DNA of 64,000 bases from Anthoceros angustus (lineage: Eukaryota > Plantae > Anthocerotophyta): the NCBI GenBank assembly GCA_010909165.1, contig VJWM01000063.1, forward strand, positions 1,736,001-1,800,000, given 5' to 3'. The notes beneath the pieces were generated by a model. The model was not told the DNA's origin, did not search any database, and saw only the letters and a list, made by a program, of their open reading frames with translations. Numbering within the stretch: position 1 is the stretch's first letter; each line of letters opens with the position of its first letter. Of the stretch, positions 35,744 through 47,895 are shown piece after piece. The translations under genes were made by a program, and so were the position numbers.

Positions 35744-38258
35744 TTAAGTTAACCTGGCAACCCACCACTCGGAGGGGGCTGGGCACAAAGGCTCCAAGGA
35801 ATCAAAGACGTCACCTGCAAAACCAGAGATCACACTATCAGGACTGCAGGAATCCGACTCCGCTTTGCTCCCGCACTGGTCATGATGGTGGATGCTGGAG
35901 TCCTCTGAGTAGAGCATTGGCAGCTTCTCCCACTGGTGACTGCTGGCAAGAAAGCTTGGCAGCTCAGGGCTGAAAACCTGGCTACTCTGTAGTGTGGAGG
36001 CCTCAGAGTGAAGCAGAAAATCAAGGTAGTTGGTGTTGCTGGGCTGCTGCTGGTCAGGCAGGCTGACACCAAACTCTGAGCGGCTGCCATTCTGCAACAG
36101 GCTGGTGGGGACCCCAATTGCATCTGGAAGCAGCTGTGATGAGTCCAGGGATCCAATAGAGTCACTGCCTCCGCTGCCCCCACCACCTCCACTATGGCTA
36201 GAGTGCACCTCAAAGCACGAAGTTCTGGCATCTCTCCTTGAGCGAGGCCGCCGCTTAACAGATCTGGAGTTCCTGCTTGTCACCACTTGAACAGGGGAAG
36301 TGTGGTGGTACAGCACTGAGCTGTGATGCCTGACATCATCATGGGAACCAAGCACCCTCCCTGTTTGATGCGGAAATTCAGAGTCAGTATAATGGTGAGA
36401 ATCTCCTGTAACCATATCCTGCAGCTTAATGCTCAAAACATCATCTACGTCAAGGGAGCTGAAAGTCTGCATGTTGTGCCGCAGTCTCCGAAGATCTCCT
36501 ATGTGACCCTGTGGATCCCTGAAAGCACTATCATCTTCGCCAAAAATAAAGGGAGGCACAAAGCTGGATGGCACTACCGAACCATGAGTTCCCGAAGGGC
36601 TGTGCACCTGCATGCACGCACCAAGTTTTCTTCTGGTCACCAGTTTTCACATCAGAAGGTTAGTTGACACCCAAGTGATCTGGCTTCTCCCTTGATGTCG
36701 CCCTGGGAAGAGACCCAAAAACAGGCATGATGTGGCCATTTGAGAAGGGGCGGAAAACTAGGAACAAAAATTTGGATGCCACATATAATGTTGTAATGTT
36801 GCCTTAATAAAAGCTTCACTCTGTTCTCTCTCTCTCTTTCTCTCTGGAGATTTGTCACTGGTTGGATTCATTTTAATACGTTCTTTTTTGTAAGTCTGCA
36901 TCCAAGGAATTGAGACAATAGCTTCATTCATTCATTCAGTTGCTCGCTCAGATAGTTCTCAACCTCCCTTCTGCTACTGCTCTTGGTTTGGACTCCAACC
37001 CTTTGAGAATGTTACGACAGAAGGTCGACACGATTAAGACAGCGAAACACCCCATGGACCCTCACAAGCCAACGCACATCCTCACAACAGCAGCCTACAG
37101 GTTACTACTGCATTTAACAAGTTGCACTCCCCCCGACTCCAACCCAAGTTGGTTAAATTATTTGTAGAAATTAAAAGATTCCAAGGCACCTGAAAGGCTG
37201 CAAAGTCACTCATAGAGGGGTCTTTGCTGAGGTCAGATGTGTCCGCAGATGCATCCGTGCTTCCAGATGGCATCTTAGGGCGCTGGAGAGCACGAAGAAT
37301 TCGTTTTTGCCGAGTGCTCCAGAAATTTTTAACATCATTGTCTGTGCGGCCTGGAAGACAGGATGCTATTTTTGCCCATTTGTTGCCAAGCTTAGCTTGC
37401 ATTTCCACTACAAGCTTCTCTTCCTCTGGAGAAAACTTGCAACCACTTCTGCAAATACATTGGTAGGTTTAGGAGATCAAGCTGGATAATTCAGAAGTAG
37501 AGCTCATTCCTTTCTTCCCTTAAAAGTTATACTGGGACAGCAATTGTAAGGTCAGGTGAGTTTTAGAAGTTCATTTGTTTCTAGCAGTCCCTTCCTTTTC
37601 ATTTCTTCCCACCCAGCCTTAGAGGACACAAGTAGGAGACACAGGTGAGCAGGGCAAAATATCAGTCTAAAAAACTTTATCTGCAGCCACATTGTGAGAC
37701 AAGAGCAGCATATCATGCAGCACCTCTACGACATCCTGCAAGTCAGCATCAGCTGCAGCCGTCTCAACACGGTTAGCCAAGCTCGTGAGTACAGCACCAT
37801 TACAGCTAGCTTCCACTACGAGCTACACAACCGGCCCGTTCAAACTTGCTAACCAGAAGCAGCAGCGCCAAGGTAAGCAGCACATGCATGCAAGGCGCGG
37901 CCCGAGCAGCGGATGAAGGTCAAGAAAACTAGTACCTCTTAAGATCGGGCTTCAGTTTGTTCACCCAGCGCAGGCGACAGGACTTGCCGGTGCGGGGGAG
38001 CAATCCCTTGGACCGAATGGAACTCCAATCACGTGCGCCGAACTGGCGCACATACTCCACCAATATCTCGTCCTCCTCGGGCATCCAGGGCCCCTTCCGC
38101 AGCACCTCCTCCCCGTTCTGCATGGGCTTCATACTCATCCTCGGGTCCTTGTGCAGCAGCGAGTGCGCCTGCAGCAGTTGCAGATGGTGGCTGGCGGTAA
38201 CTCCCTGCACCTGGCCGGCACCGCTCCCGAAATCCGCCTGCCCCGACCGCGTTATCAT
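35744..38258 (-). CDS. DUO1: DUO1-type R2R3-MYB transcription factor (male germline/sperm differentiation)
   Basis: Exons 38258-37936, 37448-37190 and 36607-35744 (last acceptor inferred) are in frame. The protein has KGPWMPEEDEIL..RDWSSIRSKGLLPRTGKSCRLRWVNKLKPDLKR-SGCKFSPEEEK (extra Lys of DUO1), NDVKNFWSTRQKR and C-terminal PDSVISGFAGDVFDSLEP..SEW. Confidence 0.9.
38007..38027 (-). promoter_or_regulatory. miR159/miR319-type target site within the DUO1 R2 coding sequence
   Basis: Sense TGGAGTTCCATTCGGTCCAAG (codes WSSIRSK) is the position of the miR159 site in angiosperm DUO1. It pairs with miR319 UUGGACUGAAGGGAGCUCCC with G:U wobbles and one central mismatch. Confidence 0.5.
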
Positions 38259-39408
38259 CCAACTCGCTCGGCGGCGGAGTCAATGCGATGCTATGAGATG
38301 CTCCTCCTCCTTCCCGAATCCGATCCGATCACGTCACCAAGCAGCAGCAGCAGCAAGAAGAAGGCGGCTGTGAGCTCTGGCGCAGCCAAAAAGCGCAGCC
38401 CCGGTGGCCCGGCTTTTGAATTTCATGCCTCCCTTCCGCGCCCGATCTCATTCACTCACACGCGCATTCCCGGCCAGCATCGCCTTGCGCTAATCCGCGC
38501 CAGCCAGCGGCGCCTCTGATCGGAAGCAGGAGCGGAGCGGGCGAGGGGAGTCCGGAGGAAGCCGCGCCGCGAGCGACGGTCGTGAAGGCGCGCGTGCGCG
38601 ATCAGATCGGGGCGCGAAGGCTGGTCGGGCTTGCTGCGGGCGATGGCCTCAAGGAGAGAGACGAAGGAGGGAGGGACACAGAGAGAGAGAAAGAGAGAGA
38701 GCTCCCGTTCAGAAAATAGAGGAAGCGGGCGGAGAATGAGAGAGAGGAGAGATGAGCGAGCTGGAGAGAGGAGAGAGGATATGATCCCATGCTGGGCTTT
38801 TCTACCCGCCTATGTCGCAAGGTTGCTGCTTTCACCGCCTCCTGGTTCAAATTCCGGCGTACGCGCTGATTTTGTGGGGCCGCCGCTGCCGCGGTAGACG
38901 CATGTTTTTACCGCCCCACTTGCCAGCGCGGACGGTGAATCTGCGGGTAGGTACTGGCCAAGGATTTTGACCCAAGAGAGCAGTTACGGAAATTCATGAC
39001 ACGCACACACATCGAAAACCAGGGAGGAAATGCGGGTAATTCAATACAATCATCAGCTATCCGCCCTTCTAGAGTTAAACGTGGGTCGAACATTGGACCT
39101 CCGCATCGTCCGATTTAGGCTCCCCAACTGAGCTATCGGCGCAGTAACACATATAATTAATTAAACATTCTAAGACCTTTCTGATTTTCCTCGGGATTAC
39201 ATACGTCACACAGCACACAGCACACGAGCACACGAGCACAGAGCTCTAGAGGGTGATGGAGATGATGTCGTCGAGAATCTACCATTTTGTGGGTACGGCA
39301 AAGCACGGTTGAGGCTTGGATGGAGGAAAGGGTTTCAGCCTCAGGGGCCTGTTGGTGGGCCTTGTGAGGAGTTTCGGTGTAGAGGCGGAGCTACCCACGC
39401 TGGAATGC

Positions 39409-41541
39409 ATGGAGGGAAAGAAGGCTTCAGGGGAGAAGGAATTTGGTGAGACAGAGGAAAGAAAGGCTGGCTCTGTGCAGAGGGGAAGCAGTGTGATGGA
39501 GGGAAGAAGACGTGCCCAGGGCAGCAGGAGTCAGGAAGGAGCCAGAGTGGAGGAAAGAAGCCCTAGTAGGATGGGACATACCATAGCAGATGATGCCAAC
39601 ATGCGAAGGCTTGATCAACTGCTGAGCAGTAAGCATTTTTGCCGACAGTACCTTGTGTGTACTGAGGGGAGGGGAGAGGAGATGGGAATCCGTCAGGAGT
39701 ATCCATGCTCGTCTGTATGAAAGGGTTATGCCATGGCTCATGCAGAACTGGGTGCGCTTGCCAATGACGCCGAGTTGGAGCGCAGTGCAGACGCAGGTAC
39801 TGCATGTGGCTTTGTGGGCGTTCCCCTTCTTGGTGTAAGAAGATATTGTCCGCAGTCGGAACAGGAATATGGCTTTGTGGTGGTTTACTAATGTATGTTC
39901 GGCTGGATCGGTGAAGGCAATGCAGGGGAATCCAAGAATCAGTGCACGGACTTGATAAACCAGTTCTGCAGCGTGGACACATTGCTCAAGGTGGGGCTTC
40001 TTCTGTCCACTCAGAATGCATCCAGCCTCCTTCTCCTTCTCCGACAGGTCATTGATCCTTCGTGACTGCAGGAACATATGCAGAAGGATCTCCAGAGGGA
40101 GAGGGAGCTTCTGCCAAAGCCCTCTCCTCCGCAACTGCCAACTCGGGGAGACGACATCCCACGACGAGAGCAGTTGATACCAGAAAGAAAGAAGGCTCCT
40201 GTAGCCAATCACAGCAACAGGTCTGTGGACACGAGGTTGGAAACTGCCATTGAGCAGCTTATGGAGGCAACCAAGTCTCATCTTCTGAACAAGAAAATGG
40301 GTTGGTACACGTTTTGAAATCCTCTCAGGTCTGTAGGTCACGATGGTGCTCATGGGGTGTTGATAGTACCGGTTTCTGACGCTCAGAGGCTCAGCGAATG
40401 GAGGATAGCCTGCAAAGAGCCTTGGGAGAGCTGGATACGGTGAAGGCGCATGAGGAGCAGTTGCTGATGAAGAGGTTTACGTACCTTGAACACGTAAGAT
40501 GGTGAACTTCCAGAATGTTCTCCACACATAATGCAGTACTGCAAGATAACAACCAGGTGGAATACCTAGTACAGCATATCCTGTGATGGAACAAGTTGAG
40601 AAGCACTGCCAGGAAGTTTGACTTGAACTTGATCTCTTTCTCCTCTCCCTGGCAGCAATACAGAGAAAGGGCTTCACAACTGGAAAGGGAGTTCGCAATG
40701 CGAAACAATGAGCTACGGCAGGCAGCCATCTCACAGATAGCTTCATTTAAGCAAAAGGTAAGGTGGCATCCTCAGGACACCTGTGATCTGAAAACAATTT
40801 TGAAGCAGGACATGTGCATCAACCTACATTCCATGTTACAGAGCGAGAATGCTGTGCTAGCCAAGGTTGAGTCATTGTTGATGGAACTTGATGGCAACTC
40901 AACACAAAAATCAGGATCTTCTGGCAAGCTAACTGCTGCAGCATCGTATTTACAAAACAGGTTTTTGCTTGCCCTTCTGTTTATGAACTTTTCTCCTGGT
41001 TAGCCTAATTGGCTTAGCTTTGAAAAAGGGAAGGCAAGCAAAGAAGAACTTGAGAACAAAACCTCTCAGCAGTTTAACCTATCTGTTCTGGGCATGTAGG
41101 TTGAATCAGAATGAAGAGGACACGCAACCATACTTCAACCAGGACGCACTTTACTCGTCTAGAGCACATGATCCTCCCATGACGGGAGACAATGGGCATG
41201 ATGGCTGGTTTACCTCATCACAGGGTATAGAGAAATGTCGTAGGTGGGATTCTTATGTTGATACTGCTCCAGACATGGAGGAAGTGTTCTTCAGAACACA
41301 CACAGCCCTTGAAGATAGACTGAAACCTCCCAAACTGAAGAGCCCCTCGAAGCTGCTGTTCAGGCCTCTTAGAGTCTCCTTTGGCCCCTCTTCCGCTGAA
41401 GACGAGTTCAAGGGTGAAGATCTGCACGTCGACGCCGTTCCATTGCTGCCTAAAAACGGAATAGTTTTGCCCGGGCATGCAAGAAAACTGCAGCAGGATG
41501 GCAAATATTTAAGTACTGCCGGCCGAGCGTTCAACATCTAG
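39409..41541 (+). CDS. Multi-exon uncharacterised coiled-coil protein, divergent from DUO1
   Basis: Exon-like segments flanked by GT/AG: MEGKKASG..RRLDQLLS, QKDLQRERELL.., MEDSLQRALGELDTVKAHEEQLLMKRF, QYRERASQLEREFAMRNNELRQAAISQIASFKQK, and a last exon ending AFNI*. The exact start and exon set are uncertain. Confidence 0.6.
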
Positions 41542-41895
41542 ATCTTACGAACGGATGTGAAGAACACCGAAGAGATAGTGGCATCCGAAAAAAACTACCA
41601 ATGAAAGAATCTTTGTTCTGGCACTTGCCAAATCTTTACCACTCAGAACGCCGACATGATAGAGAAATGGAGACTAGATACCAACCAACCTACATATACA
41701 GTAGTCCTCGTGTGTAATTTATGTACGACTACAATCCGAGGCTAGAAGATATACCATCAACCTTGCAATTTTCTAATCCCAATATCCCATATGTATCCCA
41801 ATTCATGTTGTATCAAAGCCCAACAAAGTCCCAACATGAATTCAGCACACTGCAGAGTAATATAGCTCATCCCGTATGAACATTGTGGTCCTAGT

Positions 41896-44257
41896 TTAGT
41901 ACAGTCTGATCCGTGTGCTGATTACGAGTCGACAGATGGGACAGCTCTCCAATCCCTGCCCACATTCTCGACAAGTCTGCAGAAACGAGTTCCCAGGTTA
42001 GATCCAGTTTTGAAGACATTCTGACTAGAAATGTAGTGCAATGCCAGATACCTGGTGGCCGCAGCCAAATGCCATGTCTTTCCGCTCGGTTAGACAGACT
42101 GGACAGAGCTGCACTTGAAGCGACAAAAGTTAAAAAAAAACCATGCCAACTAGTTCACGAACTATACAGATAACAAGTACAGGTCATGTTGATCAGAGAT
42201 GATGGGTACCTGGGCATCGCTGACTCTGTTGGGTGAGGCCACTGTCGATTGAATATTTCGCAAAGGGGACTGGGAAAAGTACTCTGCACGCTGAGAGGTG
42301 GCATAGAACTCGCTGAGATCAGGGTAGCGTTGCATGCTTGTCGAGTGAGGAAAGCTGCTCACAGCAGAGTCTGCTTGCAGAACTCCTTGGGGGGGTGGTA
42401 GCGGGGGATGACTCTTCACTTTACCATTTCGCTTGCTGCATTAGGAAACACCGAAGTCCAAAGTTAAAAGCAGCTCAGACAGAACCAGGCTAACAAGTTG
42501 TTGTTGAATTAGAAACCAAGAATAGCTATGTCGTTTGATCAAGCAAGGACTTTTACCCCAAGATGTTAAGCTCTATGGTGGCCTTATACTGGCCAGGTAT
42601 TTCCATGAGAGCCGATAGCGCAAACAAAGCCTCCTTTTGAGATATTGCCATGTTTTTACCCATTATCTGGGAAAAGTTCACAAACTACATAAAAAAAAAC
42701 ACGTCTCCATTAGAACCAAGAGGTCCGAACCCGGATGAACTGGAAGGGTAGTAGGTTCCCCACCTGGAAATTATCGAAACCTCGAGCTGGGATATTGTCA
42801 TCAAACTCACGCATCATATCCCAAGGGCCATCACCTACTCCAACCACCACTATTGAGAGAGCAAGCTCACTGCCATCGAAGTTTCAAAAAGAACAAACCT
42901 GCATGCTTGTCAGTAGGCTAGATCTGAGACAGTTTTCACATAGGCTGCAACAGCAAGAAGACTTTACCTCGCAGCGACAATTGCATCAATGGTTGCTTGC
43001 TCTTGCGGGCTTAATCCGCCATCTTCCGTGTCCACACTCCTTGTCACCTGCCAGCCCAGACTCAGCAAAATTTGAGACCTTGAAAAGCGTCACAAAGTGC
43101 AAAGACCAGTTCAACTGAAGGCAGAGACAGTCACGTGGGCTGCAACGGACCTGCCCATCTGCAATGATGAGGAGGACATGATACTGCCCTCCAGTCTGCT
43201 CAACAATGGCCGTCGCTGCTTCAATAATAGGAGCGAAGGAAGTTGGCCCTGTAATTGTTCCGAGTAAGAATCTGTGACCCACATTAATGTTGTAGTACAC
43301 CCAGCTTGCTCTTAGCGTTAACCAAAGATGCTTTGGTACATCTCCAGAGAAGTTGCCCAACATACGGCTAGCATTTGCGTCTAAAACGAGATTTAGGCTG
43401 GCTAGCTTACCAGCAAGGCGAAGATGAGGAACAATTGCGCGGTATCTCGAAAGAGCTTCCTCAAATCCGTGACAGGGCCGGTGGTCCGGCAGAAAACTAA
43501 ATACATAGTGATCGTGCGTTGAGGCTGGTCAGGAGAAGAGAAGAATTCAGTTTCTTGTGTGACGAAACACCAAAACATCCAAAACAACACCTGAACTTCA
43601 AGCATCGACCGTGACACGAACCACAAACCCCATCGTTACTTACCATCTCCAAAACCAAAGCATGGAATTAGATTGTCATCATCAAAAGCTGATAACGTCT
43701 TGCCGATAATGGAAATGGCCTGCTCATAAGGATTAGGAGTAGCGCCGATGGCATGCAGGCTTCGACCATTAAACGAGTGCTTCCCTGCCAAACCAGAAAC
43801 CCCCTCAGGAAGCACGCCACCTCAGCCATGTCCGTCACAACATCCAGCAGTCAGGTCGGCACAGCACAACACAGCACCTGTCCATTCATTGCTTTTGGTG
43901 AAGTCGATCCCGACTATGAGATTGGACGACTCCAGGCCAGCTTGACTCAACGCTTGCTGCACCTGCGGAAACAGCAGAGGTGAGCTACGACTCTTCCCAC
44001 ACTCCAAACCCTCGCCTCCGCTGCCGAATTTCAAAATCTTGCAAGAAAAACCGCTCTGCACCTCCTGGCAAATCCAGCACCAGCACCTGCTCAAGAGTGG
44101 TGAACTGGTCGCTGATGTGCGAGTACTTCCTGGAGAATTTCCGCCCTAACGGAGTGCTCGCTTCTCCCCCTCGCGCGGGAGGCGGGTATCGCGGAGAAGA
44201 CGATCCCGACGACCATCCGGACTGCGACAATGCAGTGCTGGAGCGGGAGTTCCCCAT
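41896..44257 (-). CDS. RGLG: RGLG-family copine (vWA) plus RING E3 ubiquitin ligase
   Basis: N-terminal MGNS (myristoylation-like), [55 protein letters not shown], and a C-terminal RING (AFGCGHQ|[26 protein letters not shown]). Multi-exon. Confidence 0.92.
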
Positions 44258-46133
44258 CCCAGGCAGCTCCGATCACGCCATTGCAACGCGCATCACCACC
44301 GGATCCAAACCCGCTTCCCGCGCCCGCTGTTGCCACTCCCAGGCCCCTAACCAGCTGCGTCTCGCTCCTGCATTCTCCCGGCCTCTTCCGGCTTCTGCTC
44401 TGCTCTCCTCCGGCGCGCCTGGAGTAGGACGATGTCGATAAGAACGAAGTCCTCAGGGATCAGGCTTCCCGGTATCAAAGCAACCCCATGAGCCTGTCCT
44501 TGTTTGGACGCGGCAACGTCAAGAGAGTGAACGCAAGAAGAATGACGAGACCGCGGAGTACCTGAAAGCTTTGCAGTCAAGTCGCTCCCCCCATGGTCCC
44601 CTGGAGTTTATTGAAGTGTATTCGGCATTGCCTCGTCTCTATCATAAGCGAGATTTAGAATATTAAAGTGGGAGCGCCACGAAAGGCCCCCGTGCCTCTT
44701 TGTTCTCCGTTCCTCTACAGTCGCGGCCATGGGGAGATGTGTGTCAGAGTGCTTTCTCAGAAGGGACTTAGAGCTTGCAGATAGTGGAATGGAATCCACT
44801 CAGATCCCTCGAACCGATGAGTATTTGGAGGTTGATGTTGGCAGTATGGTATTATGAGCCCTCCAGTATTGAAAGCCCTTATTTGGGAAGCCTCTTCGTG
44901 GTCCCTGATTGATCAGTTCAGCGGGTGATGTGCCTCCTCTCAATTATGAGTCCTTCTGACAAGGAGAGCACGCAAAGTGCAGCCTAAACGGAAGTATCTG
45001 GCAGGAGACAAGTCCGTGGGACAGATCCTGTTCCAAGAGCAGAGACCTGTACCAATGTCAGAAGTAGACAAGCTCAATCAATGGTGGAGCCAACTGATAT
45101 GCCCAGTGAGATACATACAGTCGGCAAGAGACGGACAGAGGTGGTGATGAAGCTGGAGCCAAGTGAGGAGCACTTGGGAACTGGAGCACATGACCCAGAT
45201 GATATCTCCGAGGAGGAGCAGCGAAAAAGCCGGCAAGGGATTGCTTCGGCAAGTTGGGAGAACGTTAAGTACTTCATCGTCTGCAGGATATGCATTGAAG
45301 AATGAAAAGTACAGATGCTTCTTCCATGTCATCAACTCCAGAGGCTAGTGGTCTGAGTGAGAAATCAGAAGAACGATACAGAGTCTGGCACTGATGGCAG
45401 TGAGGGCTCCGTTGATCTTGATCTTGACAATGAGGATGTTGTGGTGTTCCAAATCTTCTAAGCCTTCCTCTGATGTTCAGTTTAGGTTTCAAGACAAACT
45501 AAAACGTGACCACGTGAAGGAAGAATATTCACCCCGTGGGCTGTGACGAGGATTGAAGTATAGTCACCAACCTGTGACGCCCTTAAACGAGTACGATTGA
45601 CAAAACTTTCGGAGAAGGAGCCAGGAGGGCTGTTGTACCCTTGCGTGTTACGGCTCATACGTTGTTCTGAATTCCTGCAGATGGTCGGGTGAGTCTGCTT
45701 ATGTATGCTGGAAGATGAGATAATTCTTCATGCGGCATTGCCCGTCCTGGAGTGCAGGGTTCTCGTAGCCTCATGGTCTTGCCATTTGCGAGCACCGAAG
45801 ATCTGGGCTTCTGAATCATCGCTCGCGAGACCAAGACAGCGCCAGGAAGACCGTGACATTCCGCGACTCAGCGGCTTATAGATTTAGAGGTTCTGCAAGG
45901 GATTTCGTCCCGAGCTGACAGAACGGTGTACGTCATTCGCGAAGCACCGACTTCACGGTCTGGTGCTCCGAAAGAAGAACATCCGCGGCAGCAAGGAGCC
46001 CGATAGTGAGAGCTGCGAGGAAGAGGGAGGAGTGATGCTGAAGGAGGAGAATTGGAATGTGAAAGGGGTTGAGGGAGAGCCCCCTAGCCACCTTTAAACA
46101 ATAAATAACAAATAGTGCAAGGTGGAAATGGCG

Positions 46134-46205
46134 GCCTCTATAGCTCAGTGGTAGAGCGTCAGTCTTGTAAACTGAAGGTCTTGAGTTCGATCCTCAGTGG
46201 AGGCA
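46134..46205 (+). tRNA. tRNA-Thr(UGU)
   Basis: GCCTCTA/TGGAGGC acceptor stem, TCAGT-CT-TGT-AA-ACTGA anticodon arm and GTTCGA T-loop; 72 nt, no intron. Confidence 0.95.
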
Positions 46206-46380
46206 ATGTTAAGGGAAGCGATGATTACTTTTCTCTAATCTATTCTTGTTTTGTCCAGCTAAAATAATTTTAGGTGCTTAAGTGAGACTTCAATTTGCAA
46301 GACCTTTTCTAAGTGGAGTTGAGATTTGCAAATGAATCTAGATTTGGTATAATTGGAGATTATGAACCTATTTTTGATCC

Positions 46381-46642
46381 ATTTATCATATTTTGAAATT
46401 AATATATATAAAATTTCTCAATTATAGAAGGATAACTTTAATGAATGCTTGGAACAAAACCTCTCAATTATAAATTAAAGGGGTTTCGATTTATCCATTC
46501 CATAGGAAGGGAGTACTATTTATCAGATTTTAAAATTAATATTTATACAATTTCTCAATTAGAGAGGGATAACTTTAATAAACGCTTGGAACAAAACCTC
46601 TCAATTACAAATTAAAGGGGTTTCCATTTATACCATTCCATA
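46381..46642. repeat. AT-rich ~137-bp tandem duplication
   Basis: ATTTATCA..AAATTAATAT..GGAACAAAACCTCTCAATTA..CCATTCCATA at 46381 and 46518. Confidence 0.8.
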
Positions 46643-46819
46643 TTAAAGGCAGTAAGCTTAGGTGTCTCGGTAAAAGGGCTTTCCCATACACCTAGGGTGT
46701 TAACATTGAGAAACAACATGTCAATAAAAGGTAGGTGTGGTGTGCATGATGGTGCAAGCTGGCTAACACCAAAACAAGAGTAGATGTGCATATGAGCTAA
46801 TGACAGCCCAGTGGGCAAG

Positions 46820-47895
46820 CTTTCGACAAAGATCTGACCATGGCTCGACAGGGGGTGGACTTATAAGGGATTCTTTCGACAAAGATCTGACCATCGCTCG
46901 ACAAGGGGTGGACTTATAAGGGATTCGTACCTACATACAGACAGACACATACAGACTTAGTACCTATGTATGTGATAAAGCATCACTTACACTATATTGC
47001 TAACCAGCCAACAGTTGGCCATCATGTGGCTTCAATTTTTTGTTTTTTGATACCATGCATTGATGATATTGACGAGTTCTTAGATATTGGGCGGCTGTTG
47101 ACTTACCTTGCCACCATGTTGTAGCCAATAAAAGGCCTCTTGCCTTGTGATGCATTCTTTGTGCAACACCTGGTTCTTGGGACCTCCATGATAGCTCATC
47201 TTAATTTTTGCTCTCCTTATACCCACAACACCTTAGTAGTCCTCCACTCTAATCTGGCATTTCTTGCCGGCTCCTCCTGATGCCTCGCTCTTCCCGACCC
47301 TAGCTTGGGACTCTTTATTACTTTGGTGTTCTTGGGAAGATCGCCAACTTGGTGGCCTACATGGCTCGGCAGGTGGACTTATAAGGGATTCTTTCGACAA
47401 AGATCCACCATCGCCGACAAGGGGTGGACTTATAAGGGATCTGCACTACATGCATGCACACATATGCATTTAGTACCTATGTATGTGATAAAGCATCACT
47501 TACACTATATTGCTAACCAGCCAACAGTTGGCCATCATGTGGCTTCAATTTTTTGTTTTTTGATACCATGCATTGATGATATTGACGAGTTCTTAGATAT
47601 TGGGCGGCTGTTGACTTACCTTGCCACCATGTTGTAGCCAATAAAAGGCCTCTTGCCTTGTGATGCATTCTTTGTGCAACACCTGGTTCTTGGGACCTGC
47701 ACCTCCATGATAGCTCATCTTAATTTTTGCTCTCCTTATACCCACAACACCTTAGTAGTCCTCCACTCTAATCTGGCATTTCTTGCCGGCTCCCTCTCCC
47801 AGTGATGCCTCAGTTCTTTCCGGACCCCTAGCTTGGGACTCTTTATTACTTTGGTGTTCTTGGGAAGACTGCCAACTTGGTGGCCTACATGGCTC
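46820..47895. repeat. ~53-bp repeats (GGTGGACTTATAAGGGATTCTTTCGACAAAGATC) heading a ~540-bp tandem duplication
   Basis: The motif occurs at ~46855, ~46908, ~47372 and ~47424. The block ~46860-47370 is repeated at ~47375-47895. Confidence 0.8.

Noticed and set aside
39427-40353. 308-aa minus-strand ORF
   Set aside because: It is antisense to a plus-strand gene with coherent splice sites and coiled-coil exons, and has no recognisable domain.
44340-46080. Possible gene between RGLG and tRNA-Thr
   Set aside because: Only short ORFs on both strands with no consistent exon chain or recognisable domain.
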